Shown: piece by piece, positions 37,333 to 47,015 of the stretch | Layout of the letters: each line of letters opens with the position of its first letter | How positions within the stretch are numbered: position 1 is the first letter of the stretch | Virus record (IMG/VR): IMGVR_UViG_3300031760_000032 | Span: 15,788-79,787 of that record | Origin: a virus | Lineage: Duplodnaviria; Caudoviricetes | Reading direction: 5' to 3' (one strand) | DNA: 64,000 bases | Notes under the pieces: model-generated | Databases searched by the model: none | The model's input: the letters and a program-made list of their open reading frames with translations, nothing else | What the model was told of the DNA's origin: nothing | Translations under genes and position numbers: made by a program

Positions 37333-37944
37333 ATGGTTGATATGTATGAAGAAAGAACTACTCCAGACAATTGTAATTATGATGTAGTTGAAAATTGTCT
37401 TTCTTTTGGTAAAGCTCTTGATAAGCTGATTGAAAGAGAGAACGATGATAAAGATACTAATGAATACGGCATTAGAATCCGTACATGGCCCGAAGGTATA
37501 GTAATTAGAATCCAGACTCCTGATGTAAATTCTAAGATGTCTAATAGATATCTTTATAAAAATCATAAAGGTAAGAATACTCCTTGGGTTCCTAATAATG
37601 AATTCATCTTTAATCACTTCTGGGAATTAGTTAAGTTTAATAAGAACGAAGATGTAATTCCTGATAATAAGAACTACGAAGATTGGTTCAAGAATCCAGA
37701 TATTCAGAAAGAACTCGACAAATGTAGACGTAAGTGTGAAGAGCTTAAGAAAGATTATGCTAAATATTGTAATCTTGCAGCTAAGGATATCGATAAGTGC
37801 TCTCCTAATTGTATTAAGAAGTGTCTTAATGAGTGTCATAAAGCTGAGATAAAACCTAATACCAATCATACAATCATTGTCAAAGGTAATGTAAGAAAAC
37901 TTGCTGATACATTTGATGAAATTATTGATGCTCTGTTAAGTTAA
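37333..37944 (+). CDS. DUF2829 / Tad2-like anti-defence sponge domain with Cys-rich C-terminal extension
   Basis: LSFGKAL...W....PWVPNNEFIFNHFWELV follows the DUF2829 pattern FGxAL...W...PW.......WE.V. Confidence 0.55.
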   Translation: MVDMYEERTTPDNCNYDVVENCLSFGKALDKLIERENDDKDTNEYGIRIRTWPEGIVIRIQTPDVNSKMSNRYLYKNHKGKNTPWVPNNEFIFNHFWELVKFNKNEDVIPDNKNYEDWFKNPDIQKELDKCRRKCEELKKDYAKYCNLAAKDIDKCSPNCIKKCLNECHKAEIKPNTNHTIIVKGNVRKLADTFDEIIDALLS

Positions 37945-37948
37945 TATA

Positions 37949-37985
37949 AGTCCCCACACCTTGATTGGTGTGGGGATTATTTTAT
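37949..37985. terminator. Bidirectional terminator
   Basis: tccccacacc/ggtgtgggga stem between convergent genes. Confidence 0.85.
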
Positions 37986-40324
37986 TTCCAAGAGTATCCA
38001 TTATTGTTTTTATAATCATTACTATCCATAGATTCAGAATAGAAGTTATCAATAGCTCCTAGCATACTATATCCATTATCTTCCCCTTCTAATTGTTCGA
38101 GAGGAATATTAAATTGTCTAGAGTATGCTTCTTTACCAACTTTAGTTGCTAGTATTTGAGCCATTGCCATATCATTTTCCATCTTTTGTTGTTCTAAGAA
38201 CTGACTATATAGTTTTGTCTTATCAAGCTGTTTTAATTGCTCGTTAACCATATCATCATGTTCAAGATTTTCTATATCTCTAACAATAGATATTTCTTCT
38301 GTAGCATTAAAGTCTTGGAAAATTTCTTGTGCTTCATCATCTGCTGTTCTAAGTGTAGGAATAGAGATGTGCCAATTCTCTCTAACATTCTTTCCATAAT
38401 AAATAGGATAGATAGAATATAAATAAGAGAATGTACTATCGTCATGACTATTAGCAGAATGGTCAATACGACCTGTCTTCTTAATCTCAAGATTCTTTAA
38501 TTCTTCATATAGAATTGGAGAAATGAATTTATCATAATGGTCTCTTACACGGTCTGTAAGTAAGTCCATTAACTGTTCTCTTACAGTACCAGTGTTATCT
38601 ACACCATATACTTTAGTAAGTTGCTTTCTCTTATGAGACCTTAATCCATCAGGACGTTCTTCTATAGTACGCTCTTTAATCTCATAATATAGATTATTTC
38701 TAATCTTAGATTTCATTAACTTAGCTAGTGTACCAGTACCTACACCATTACGCTCGATAGTGATTAACGAATTAGGTAAATAGTTTAATACAAGATTATA
38801 TATTACTGTAGCTAAATCAACTGGGTTAATATAGTTACAGTTAAAGTCTGCAACAAGTTTAGTAGTCTTAGAATCTGTAACAGAAATTGCAGAAGAGTCC
38901 TTAGAATAACCTGCTGCAACGTCGACACCAATCAATGTCTTATCTCTTGGGGATATCTCAGAATAGATATTGAACAGGAAGTTAGAGATATAAACCTGTT
39001 TAATTGGGTTACGTACATATCTCTGTACATTTCTAAGTTCCTCTTGTGTAAATGGACAATTCTCGGAAGATGTAGCCCATTCAAGTAAGAATTCACGTCT
39101 GATGTCAGTCCATTTTTGGTTCTGTTCTTTGATTCTTTCCTTAAGCCATTCTTCAGAATATCCAAGCTGTTGATAAGTAGTTCTAATATATACAAAGATA
39201 GACTTCTCGTTTGCATTTAATGTCTCTGTAAGTTTCTGTAGAGAGAAATCATACCAAAGTTCTGAGAATGGAGTCATCTTATTCTTAAGGTCATACATAT
39301 ATTGACCTTCTTCTGTAGTTAAGAAACCAGGTGTAGATGTAAGGCATAGACCATGAGGTGCTCCATTCATTCTACAGTTTCTAAACGCAGTAGTCAATGC
39401 AGGCATACCGTTTTGTAAGGATTCTTCTAAGTATTGGAAGAACGCAGACTCGTCTATCCAACAGTTAGTAATAGTTTGACCACGAAGTAAAGATATAGCT
39501 GCCGTTCTATTACGTGCCATTGGAAGAGCCTTGATATTATTAAAGTTAATCTTATGCTGGATATATTGTACTGTGTTAGATGCTTTAAGTTTCTTACCAT
39601 CTACACCGAATGCTTGGTCAAATCGTAAATAAGATGGTAATGCTTTAATAATATCTTTAAGAGAAGATAAGTTACGCTTAGCATCATCATGTTTCTTATT
39701 AAGGAATATCATATTAGCATTTCGAGAACCAAAGTTATATACCCAAGAATACCATACTTCAGTAGCAACAGTTTTACCTGTCTGACGAGGTTGTTCTTGA
39801 TAAATATTAAGATTCAATGTAAAGCAAAAGTTTAGTGCTAAGTTACCTCTATCAAGTCTATATCTTACATAAGGTCCACCCTGACTCTGTACTCTAACAA
39901 CTTCTCTTATATAATACCAAAAGTTTCTCTGACATTCTAGAAATACTTTTTGTTTTGTATAAGGGTCTAAGTAAGGGTCATGTGGGTCTATATATGCTAA
40001 GTCCTTATCATATAATAATAGATGGAATTTATTATTTTTTATACCTTTAGCCTTTAGGTAGTAGTGCATATCTAAGAAAGACTGGTTTTTTGTATTCATT
40101 TGATAAAAGATAGATACATATCCAGAACCATCATATCTTCTATCTTCTTCTACACCATTACTATTTTTATTAGACATGAAACTTAATAATGGAACATATC
40201 TACGTTGGTTAGAATTATTTGGTATAGGATTCATAGTAGACAAATTATCTGGTTGATTATACTGTACATCAGTATTATCTTCTTTTTCTTCTATGATAGT
40301 AATACCAGTATTTACTACTTTCAT
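37982..40324 (-). CDS. terL: Terminase large subunit
   Basis: Walker A PRQTGKT, Walker B WIDE, nuclease GVDVAAG and HDD motifs. Confidence 0.92.
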   Translation of the reverse strand: MKVVNTGITIIEEKEDNTDVQYNQPDNLSTMNPIPNNSNQRRYVPLLSFMSNKNSNGVEEDRRYDGSGYVSIFYQMNTKNQSFLDMHYYLKAKGIKNNKFHLLLYDKDLAYIDPHDPYLDPYTKQKVFLECQRNFWYYIREVVRVQSQGGPYVRYRLDRGNLALNFCFTLNLNIYQEQPRQTGKTVATEVWYSWVYNFGSRNANMIFLNKKHDDAKRNLSSLKDIIKALPSYLRFDQAFGVDGKKLKASNTVQYIQHKINFNNIKALPMARNRTAAISLLRGQTITNCWIDESAFFQYLEESLQNGMPALTTAFRNCRMNGAPHGLCLTSTPGFLTTEEGQYMYDLKNKMTPFSELWYDFSLQKLTETLNANEKSIFVYIRTTYQQLGYSEEWLKERIKEQNQKWTDIRREFLLEWATSSENCPFTQEELRNVQRYVRNPIKQVYISNFLFNIYSEISPRDKTLIGVDVAAGYSKDSSAISVTDSKTTKLVADFNCNYINPVDLATVIYNLVLNYLPNSLITIERNGVGTGTLAKLMKSKIRNNLYYEIKERTIEERPDGLRSHKRKQLTKVYGVDNTGTVREQLMDLLTDRVRDHYDKFISPILYEELKNLEIKKTGRIDHSANSHDDSTFSYLYSIYPIYYGKNVRENWHISIPTLRTADDEAQEIFQDFNATEEISIVRDIENLEHDDMVNEQLKQLDKTKLYSQFLEQQKMENDMAMAQILATKVGKEAYSRQFNIPLEQLEGEDNGYSMLGAIDNFYSESMDSNDYKNNNGYSWK

Positions 40325-40409
40325 GATATAATAACACTCCTTTCTTAAGATTTTTATTAATAAGTTGACCTAATCAGGTACGATTAGAGTTATAAATTAC
40401 AATACCATA

Positions 40410-40421
40410 AACAAATAAGTA
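40410..40421 (+). promoter_or_regulatory. Class B promoter
   Basis: AACA-aataag-TA. Confidence 0.55.
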
Positions 40422-40455
40422 AAATATTATGGCTAAAAGCCAGGAGGTAAGTATT

Positions 40456-41268
40456 ATGAATAATAACAATTACAACGGTCAGAACAACAACGGTGGAAAT
40501 GATATCTTTACTCCCACTACTCGTTCAGCTTACAGATTCTTTAACTCTGAATCTGAAATTGACAACACTTCCATGAGTTTCAATTTCTGGAACTCTCTGC
40601 TCAAGATTACAATGAATCCTATCATTGTAAAGGAAGGTTCTGCTAATAAAGTAGATACAGATAATCATGTAGATATTTATCTGTCTCCTTCTAAGGCTAA
40701 GATGCTTCTGTATTGCGTAAAGGAATTCAGAAAGAATCCTGATGCTTATACAAACATCGGTGTTAATACAAACAAGGGCATTATCTTTATCGCAAATGGT
40801 GATAAAATGTTTGGTCACGGTGGAGTTTGTGTAGTAATCAATCTTATTAACAATGAGACTGGTGAAAAGGAAGCAGAAGCAGCATATGAGTTTAACACTA
40901 AGGACCTGTATGCTATTACAAATTACATGGGTGGTTCTGACTTCGGCAAGGATTCTGGTTATGCAGATAGTCTTGAACTCGACATGTTTGAAAATCTACT
41001 TGTACAGTTTATCAATGCATCTACAAATGCAGTAGCAGCATCTATCATGGAGACTGGTAAGTTTAATGAAGCAAGACAGTTTAGCTTCATTAAGGATGTA
41101 AGAGAGAAGCTTGGAATTTCTAAGAGTGATGGAAGTAAGAATTATAATCGTTCTAGCTGGTTCAATAATAATGGTAATGGTTCTTCTTCTGTATCTTCTG
41201 AAAGTTCAAGTAATAATTCTTCTACCTATGAAGACGTTATGAATGATATCGCATCTATCATGGACTAA
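40456..41268 (+). CDS. Probable single-stranded DNA-binding protein
   Basis: Beta-rich core, Ser/Asn linker and acidic tip; start at 40456 after AGGAGGT. Confidence 0.45.
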   Translation: MNNNNYNGQNNNGGNDIFTPTTRSAYRFFNSESEIDNTSMSFNFWNSLLKITMNPIIVKEGSANKVDTDNHVDIYLSPSKAKMLLYCVKEFRKNPDAYTNIGVNTNKGIIFIANGDKMFGHGGVCVVINLINNETGEKEAEAAYEFNTKDLYAITNYMGGSDFGKDSGYADSLELDMFENLLVQFINASTNAVAASIMETGKFNEARQFSFIKDVREKLGISKSDGSKNYNRSSWFNNNGNGSSSVSSESSSNNSSTYEDVMNDIASIMD

Positions 41269-41272
41269 AGAT

Positions 41273-41389
41273 ATGGACACAATACTAGCTATTATAGGAG
41301 CATTATTCCTAGGAAATATAATTCACGGTATTCTCGATATACCATTTATGAATGATATAAAAGGTAACGAAGATGACCCAGATGAATAA
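41273..41389 (+). CDS. Small membrane peptide not in the ORF track (38 aa)
   Basis: MDTILAIIGALFLGNIIHGILDIPF followed by an acidic tail; fills the gap before a terminator. Confidence 0.5.
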   Translation: MDTILAIIGALFLGNIIHGILDIPFMNDIKGNEDDPDE

Positions 41390-41448
41390 TTTGTAAAATT
41401 TTGAGAGGGAATGTAATCATTCCCTCTTTTATTAAGAGGTGTATACGT

Positions 41449-41646
41449 ATGATTTCAACAATAATAACATTAATAGTGGGACTCTTCTGTTATATATGTA
41501 TAATAGTTAGAGTCAAAGATAAAGAGTATAAAACTTATATAGAAGACTTACTCTTTAAAAGAATACATCCTTACTTATATCTTATTGGATTAGGTATAAC
41601 TACATGGATTATCGTAATTAAACTTATCAGGAGGTTAGTTAATTAA
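41449..41646 (+). CDS. Small protein with two predicted membrane segments
   Basis: Two hydrophobic stretches; GAGGTG RBS before 41449. Confidence 0.6.
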   Translation: MISTIITLIVGLFCYICIIVRVKDKEYKTYIEDLLFKRIHPYLYLIGLGITTWIIVIKLIRRLVN

Positions 41647-42194
41647 TGTATACGCTTATTAACAATGACGGTCAATATCTTTACAAAACTTATAGAGGAG
41701 ATTTTATCTTTTCTAATTCAACCAACATGCTTTTCGATACAGAAGAACAGGCTACAAATTGGTTACATTATAACTCATTTAGATTTAAAAATGAGGATGT
41801 AACTGTAGTTAATCTAGAAAATAAGAATAAAAGAGTTTACGATTATAACGGTTTCCTTAATAGTATTAATGAAACCTTTAAAAGTGATATAAATATTCCT
41901 GATATTCCAATACTAGTCAAACAACATATACCAATCTATGATAAAGAAATGATACCTCAAGAAAAAGTACAATGGACTCACGAAGATTCTGTTAGAGAAG
42001 CTAAAAACTTATTAAAAGGTGTTTTTACTCCATGTTTTGATGATATTGAACAGGGTAAGACTAAAGAAATATATGAATATATTGATAGCTTAACTGATGA
42101 AGAATTAATTCATTTAGCGACCTCTGTAGCAAATTCTATTGTATCTTCGTCAGATAATAATACAGATAACCCTCTAGTTAAAGAGGAGGAATAA
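41646..42194 (+). CDS. Hypothetical protein
   Basis: GGAGG RBS, coupled to the upstream gene. Confidence 0.7.
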   Translation: MYTLINNDGQYLYKTYRGDFIFSNSTNMLFDTEEQATNWLHYNSFRFKNEDVTVVNLENKNKRVYDYNGFLNSINETFKSDINIPDIPILVKQHIPIYDKEMIPQEKVQWTHEDSVREAKNLLKGVFTPCFDDIEQGKTKEIYEYIDSLTDEELIHLATSVANSIVSSSDNNTDNPLVKEEE

Positions 42195-42196
42195 TT

Positions 42197-42976
42197 ATGG
42201 CAATTGATTCTATTAAAGTAGAAGAAGTTCAACCTGATGGTAGTAAGAAAGAAATAAAAGTAGATAAGGCTGCAGCTGGATATCATAATTATCTAGTTAT
42301 GTTTAATACTCTTATTGACCTTGATTTTGCTGTACTTAGAATGGTGCAAGCTGAGTATAATAATCCTAAGTTTGTAGACCAGAAAGTTATGCATATGACT
42401 ACTAAAGAGGTTAAGTTTCTTCTTATCAATAGAGAAGACTCTAACCCATTAACTATCTGCTTTAAAGATAAGATTATTGCTGATTCTATCTATAAAGAAA
42501 TCATGTCTACCAGATATGGTGATTTGCTTAAGGAAGATAAGTATATGGCAATCACTGGCATATTCTTCTTAATATCTGTATATGCTGCTATGGATAATAC
42601 ACATGTTACTGTAGTATGTGGAAATGAATTAGAAGAGAAAATCATAAGACGTTATCATAAAAACATTAACGTCAAAGTAGTCAATGAGTTAACTGACATC
42701 AATGTAAATGATTATACTGAATTCATTTTCAAAAGTAAGTATGATGTATATAAGTTTAAGCAAAAATTCATTGAGAAACGACTTTTGTTATTAAACTACA
42801 AATTCAATGTCTACTTTAAAGATGGTATCTTATTCTCTGATTTAGAGCTTGGACATTGGTTATGGGAAACTGGATTCTCTAAAGCTGCAATCATTGATAC
42901 TTACAGCAAAGAAGACGATGACTATGCTACTCTGAAATTCAAAAGAGTAGTAAAAAAGAAACCAGAAAACAAATAA
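42197..42976 (+). CDS. Hypothetical protein, possibly a degenerate HAD fold
   Basis: LVMFNTLIDLD resembles a degenerate HAD motif I. Confidence 0.45.
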   Translation: MAIDSIKVEEVQPDGSKKEIKVDKAAAGYHNYLVMFNTLIDLDFAVLRMVQAEYNNPKFVDQKVMHMTTKEVKFLLINREDSNPLTICFKDKIIADSIYKEIMSTRYGDLLKEDKYMAITGIFFLISVYAAMDNTHVTVVCGNELEEKIIRRYHKNINVKVVNELTDINVNDYTEFIFKSKYDVYKFKQKFIEKRLLLLNYKFNVYFKDGILFSDLELGHWLWETGFSKAAIIDTYSKEDDDYATLKFKRVVKKKPENK

Positions 42977-42979
42977 ATA
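42968..42979 (+). promoter_or_regulatory. Class B promoter
   Basis: AACA-aataaa-TA. Confidence 0.5.
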
Positions 42980-43008
42980 ATATTATATATTTAAGGAGGA
43001 ACCGAAAT

Positions 43009-44712
43009 ATGGTTTATTCAAACGTAGTAGAAAAGGAAGCTCTGAGACGTGTTCAGAGCGAAACACTCGCTGTAATCTCAGATGCACTTCTGAAGTCTTT
43101 TGGACCTTATGGTTCTAATTCTATTATTGGTAAGGATGGCGCACTTTCTAGATATACTAAAGATGGTCATACTATTCTTTCTAATCTTCAGTTTGTAGAC
43201 CCAATTGCAAAGGCTGTACATGCTGATATCGAAGAGGAAACACTTGCTCAGGCTAAGAAGGTCGGTGATTCTACAACAAGTATTACACTTCTTTCTTCTG
43301 CTATCTTTGATGCTCTTGCTGGTTATGAAAAAGAGCACAATTATAGACCAGCTTCTATCGTAAAGGCTTTCAAGAATGTAGCTGAAATGATTAAGAATAA
43401 GATTAAGGATTATGGTAGAGAAGCTACTATCGAAGATATGTATAATATTACTCTTATTGCTACTAACGGCGATGAGAACCTTGCTAAGATTCTTAATCAG
43501 GTATACAAAACATATGGTCTTGATGTATATATTGACGTTAAAGCATCTATGAATGGTACTACCTATCTTAAGGAAATCAATGGTATGACAATGGAGTGTG
43601 GTTTCCTTGACCCTACTCTTATTAACGATACTACAAAGAATACAGTAGACATTAAGAATCCTAAGATTTATGCATTCAAGGACCCAATTGATACAGCAGA
43701 GATGGGTATGTTCCTGGATGCTATTCTGGTAAAGAATATTCTTAAACCTATCAGTGAAAAGAAGCCTGAGAATGTAGTACCCACAATTATCATGGCTCCG
43801 AGAATCTCCAGAGATTATTCTGCATATATGGATACTCTGATGGCTTCTATTGCTCAGACACCTGCAGCAAATCGTGGTATTCTAAATATCATCACTGATA
43901 TTCAGGGTTGCGATATGGAACAGTTCGAAGATATTTGTGACCTTTGTGGTTGTAAGTATATTAAGAAGTATCTTGACCCTGAGATTCAGAAGAAGGATAT
44001 CGAATCTGGTCTTGCTCCTACACCAGATAATATCGAGACTTTTGCTGGTGAAGCAGAACTTGTATCTTCTGATGCATATAAGACTACTTTTGTAAATCCT
44101 AAGAAGATGTTTAACTCTAATGGTGAGCATTCAGAGCTTTTCAATCAGAGAACAGATTATCTTCAGAAGCAGATTGATAAGCTGACAGTAGAAGGTAATA
44201 CTACTACAGAAATCTATACTCTTAAGAAGAGACTCAATTCTCTTAAGGGTAAGATGGTTGAAATCTATATCGGTGGTGTTACTATCGCAGACCGTGATGC
44301 AGAACGTGACCTTCTTGAAGATGCAGTACTTAACTGTCGTAGTGCAGCAATTAACGGTGTAGGATATGCAGCAAACTTCGAGGGTTATAGAGCAGCGCTG
44401 TCTGTAACAGAAGATGAGCTTACTGGTATTGAAGCTGATATTGCAGATATTCTGGTTAAGCAGTATTATGAAATCGTATATGCTTTATATGATAGTGTAG
44501 GAGAAGAGGAAATTGATAATCCTCATGAGATTATAGAACAGTGTATCGTTCATGGTTGTCCTTACAATATTACTACTGGTAAGTATGATGGTAAGGTTCT
44601 AACAAGTATTGATACAGATATCTGCATCATTGATACTATCTCTAAGATTATCACTATCATGGTAACTGCAAACCAGTTCATTCTTCCTACAATCAATATG
44701 AATAATTATTAA
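43009..44712 (+). CDS. groEL: Phage GroEL-like chaperonin
   Basis: KSFGPYG, TKDGHTIL and VGDSTTS (GDGTTT-like) motifs; 567 aa. Confidence 0.9.
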   Translation: MVYSNVVEKEALRRVQSETLAVISDALLKSFGPYGSNSIIGKDGALSRYTKDGHTILSNLQFVDPIAKAVHADIEEETLAQAKKVGDSTTSITLLSSAIFDALAGYEKEHNYRPASIVKAFKNVAEMIKNKIKDYGREATIEDMYNITLIATNGDENLAKILNQVYKTYGLDVYIDVKASMNGTTYLKEINGMTMECGFLDPTLINDTTKNTVDIKNPKIYAFKDPIDTAEMGMFLDAILVKNILKPISEKKPENVVPTIIMAPRISRDYSAYMDTLMASIAQTPAANRGILNIITDIQGCDMEQFEDICDLCGCKYIKKYLDPEIQKKDIESGLAPTPDNIETFAGEAELVSSDAYKTTFVNPKKMFNSNGEHSELFNQRTDYLQKQIDKLTVEGNTTTEIYTLKKRLNSLKGKMVEIYIGGVTIADRDAERDLLEDAVLNCRSAAINGVGYAANFEGYRAALSVTEDELTGIEADIADILVKQYYEIVYALYDSVGEEEIDNPHEIIEQCIVHGCPYNITTGKYDGKVLTSIDTDICIIDTISKIITIMVTANQFILPTINMNNY

Positions 44713-44725
44713 TAATACAAAAAAA

Positions 44726-44756
44726 AGAACGGGCTCATTAAGAGCCCGTTCTCTTT
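44726..44756. terminator. Bidirectional terminator
   Basis: agaacgggctc/gagcccgttct stem with A and T flanks. Confidence 0.85.
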
Positions 44757-44764
44757 GTTATTTG

Positions 44765-45220
44765 TCAAATTAAATCATTAAATGAACCACAGAAGCGGTT
44801 CATTTTCTGAAGTGAAACCCACATATCGAGAAAGCATTCTTCTGATTTTTTATTACCATCTACCGCTTCTTTAAAAAGACAGAAGATGGTATTTTCAACT
44901 TGCTCACCGAAAGGACGAGCAAGCTTTATAATCGCCGAGCAATAGCAATCGTCGGCGTTAACTACTCCTGAAAGCTCCCTAATTAAGCTAGGGAACTTAT
45001 TCGAGTGGCTCTTAGCATAACGAGCTACATTAATGATGTCTCTACCAGTTCCGCTGCATATGAATTCTACAGCGTTTTCAAAATTGTAATTATCATCATT
45101 GGCAGAGTCCTCGACTCGCTCGACTACAGCGTTTCCGTCTCTGCAGACATAGACGTATCCATCTACTACAAAGACGGACACATTACTTGTTTTTACTACA
45201 ACCTTAACTTCTCTAGCCAT
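44765..45220 (-). CDS. Hypothetical protein with atypical, GC-richer codon usage
   Basis: AAAGGAG RBS; many CG-containing codons compared with neighbours. Confidence 0.7.
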   Translation of the reverse strand: MAREVKVVVKTSNVSVFVVDGYVYVCRDGNAVVERVEDSANDDNYNFENAVEFICSGTGRDIINVARYAKSHSNKFPSLIRELSGVVNADDCYCSAIIKLARPFGEQVENTIFCLFKEAVDGNKKSEECFLDMWVSLQKMNRFCGSFNDLI

Positions 45221-45442
45221 ATTTATGACTCCTTTGGATAAATTTACTCCTATTTCAGGAGCATAGATAGTTGTTCTGGTTTTAAAGGCTATTCCAGAAA
45301 CCTAGGACGCAACTCCTCTTAGATAGTCTCTCGGTACTTTTAGTGTAGTATGGCTGTCGCTAAGCCTCTACCGAGAGTCCGTGAGTAAAAGATAATGAGT
45401 GGTTCGATGTGACGGCATCGAGATTTATTATCTCTTACTCAC
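45221..45442 (-). ncRNA. Candidate structured 5' leader or ncRNA
   Basis: Five consecutive hairpins between a class A promoter and the RBS. Confidence 0.5.
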
Positions 45443-45454
45443 TTATATTATATA
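45440..45454 (-). promoter_or_regulatory. Class A promoter
   Basis: TATATAAT-ataa-GTG on the - strand. Confidence 0.6.
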
Positions 45455-45501
45455 CATACCAAATATTAAACTTTTACAATCTCGTTATCTTTGATTTCCA
45501 G

Positions 45502-45513
45502 AACATTGAAATA
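45502..45513 (+). promoter_or_regulatory. Class B promoter
   Basis: AACA-ttgaaa-TA. Confidence 0.6.
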
Positions 45514-45535
45514 ATACTATGAAAGGAGGACCGTT

Positions 45536-47002
45536 ATGGCTTCAACAAGAAAGTATAAGTGTCCATTTTGTAGTAAATCTTTTGAAAGACCTAAGTTAGC
45601 TAGTCATATTGATAAGTATCATGATGACATGTTAAATCCTGATAAAGGATATACTGCAAATAGAATTGTATTTGACATTTGTAATAAGAAAGAACCTATT
45701 GGTGCTGGGCAAGGAGTATGTCGCATTTGTAAGAAACCTACAGAATGGGACGAAGACTCTGTACGTTATAAATCTTATTGCTCTGAAAAATGTAAGCAAC
45801 AGGCTAGAGAGAATTATAAGAATAATATGCTAAGAGTATATGGTAAAACTACTTTACTTGATGATATGGAATGGCAAGAAACTAAGATGCTTGCTAATCG
45901 TTCTATCTCTGGTAAATATCGCTGGTCTGATGGTACATACAAAACTTACGTAGGAAGTTATGAAAAGAAGTTCCTAGAGTTTTGTGATAACGTATTAGGT
46001 ATTAAGTCTGAAGACTTATTAACTCCTGGACCCACTATCTATTATGAGTATGACGGAGAAGAACATACTTGGATTACTGATGCGATTTATCTACCATATA
46101 ATCTTGTATTCGATATCAAAGATGGTGGAGATAATAAGAACAATCGTGAAATGCCAGAATATAGAGCAAAGCAATTAGAGAAAGAGAAGTTTATTACAGA
46201 CCAAGGTGAGTATAATTATATTAGACTTACTAATAATGAGTTTGTTCAGCTTCTTACAATCTTTGCTGAGCTTAAAGAAAACTATATGGATAGCACAGAA
46301 CCTAAGACTATCTCTAGAGTTCATGAGCATATGAGCCCAGCGGGTCCAGGTGGTATGCCAGCTGTAGGTACTGATGTAAATCCTAGTGTATTTATTACCA
46401 ATTATATGAATAAGAATACATTTGAATCTGGATTTGCTATTTCTAATGACGTTACTTCTGAGTATATGATTGCTAGAGATAAGAAATCTGGTAAGCTTAA
46501 GAAAGTAAAGTCTAAAGATTTACTAGAAGATTGTGAATGTGAAACTTATAAGTATATTGGTGATAATATTTCTAATATTCTTAAAGAACTGTATTCTGTA
46601 TATAAAGCTGAGGAATATGTAGACTATCATTATCTACCATGTCTTGTTACAGAGTTTACAGAGATTCTATCAGATGACCAATTAGAATATAGTGAACTAT
46701 TGGAAATGGTGAATTGGGAACAGATTCATGAGAACTTTAATAGTTCTTTAGCTACATTACAGTTCCAATCTGAAGCAATATTAGAAGGTAATAAACCTAT
46801 CGTATTTAATGTATTAGACCCAGTTAAGTATGAGTATAAGAAAAAGCTCTTGAGAGAATATGAAGACTTGACTATTCTACAGAGTTTAAATGGAAAATAC
46901 TTTGGGTATAATAAACTCACTTGTAAAAGAACTAAAGGAGTAGATAGCATATATGATATAACTGAGTGTATGCTTAACTCTATATCTACTAACTCACAAT
47001 AA
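45536..47002 (+). CDS. Zinc-finger protein with a TnsA / T4 gp4-like PD-(D/E)XK nuclease domain
   Basis: C2H2 CPFC..HIDKYH; CRIC..YCSEKC; YVGSYEKKF...ITD....FDIKDG. Confidence 0.6.
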   Translation: MASTRKYKCPFCSKSFERPKLASHIDKYHDDMLNPDKGYTANRIVFDICNKKEPIGAGQGVCRICKKPTEWDEDSVRYKSYCSEKCKQQARENYKNNMLRVYGKTTLLDDMEWQETKMLANRSISGKYRWSDGTYKTYVGSYEKKFLEFCDNVLGIKSEDLLTPGPTIYYEYDGEEHTWITDAIYLPYNLVFDIKDGGDNKNNREMPEYRAKQLEKEKFITDQGEYNYIRLTNNEFVQLLTIFAELKENYMDSTEPKTISRVHEHMSPAGPGGMPAVGTDVNPSVFITNYMNKNTFESGFAISNDVTSEYMIARDKKSGKLKKVKSKDLLEDCECETYKYIGDNISNILKELYSVYKAEEYVDYHYLPCLVTEFTEILSDDQLEYSELLEMVNWEQIHENFNSSLATLQFQSEAILEGNKPIVFNVLDPVKYEYKKKLLREYEDLTILQSLNGKYFGYNKLTCKRTKGVDSIYDITECMLNSISTNSQ

Positions 47003-47015
47003 GGAGGAAATAATC

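Noticed and set aside
40429-40455. ORF-track start upstream of the SSB-like gene, and similar extended starts (5579, 3124, 21137, 24268, 56613)
   Set aside because: The extensions contain the Shine-Dalgarno of a downstream in-frame ATG or overlap the previous gene
45395-45425. ggttcgat resembling a tRNA T-loop
   Set aside because: No flanking T-stem, acceptor stem or anticodon arm; it is part of a hairpin in the structured leader
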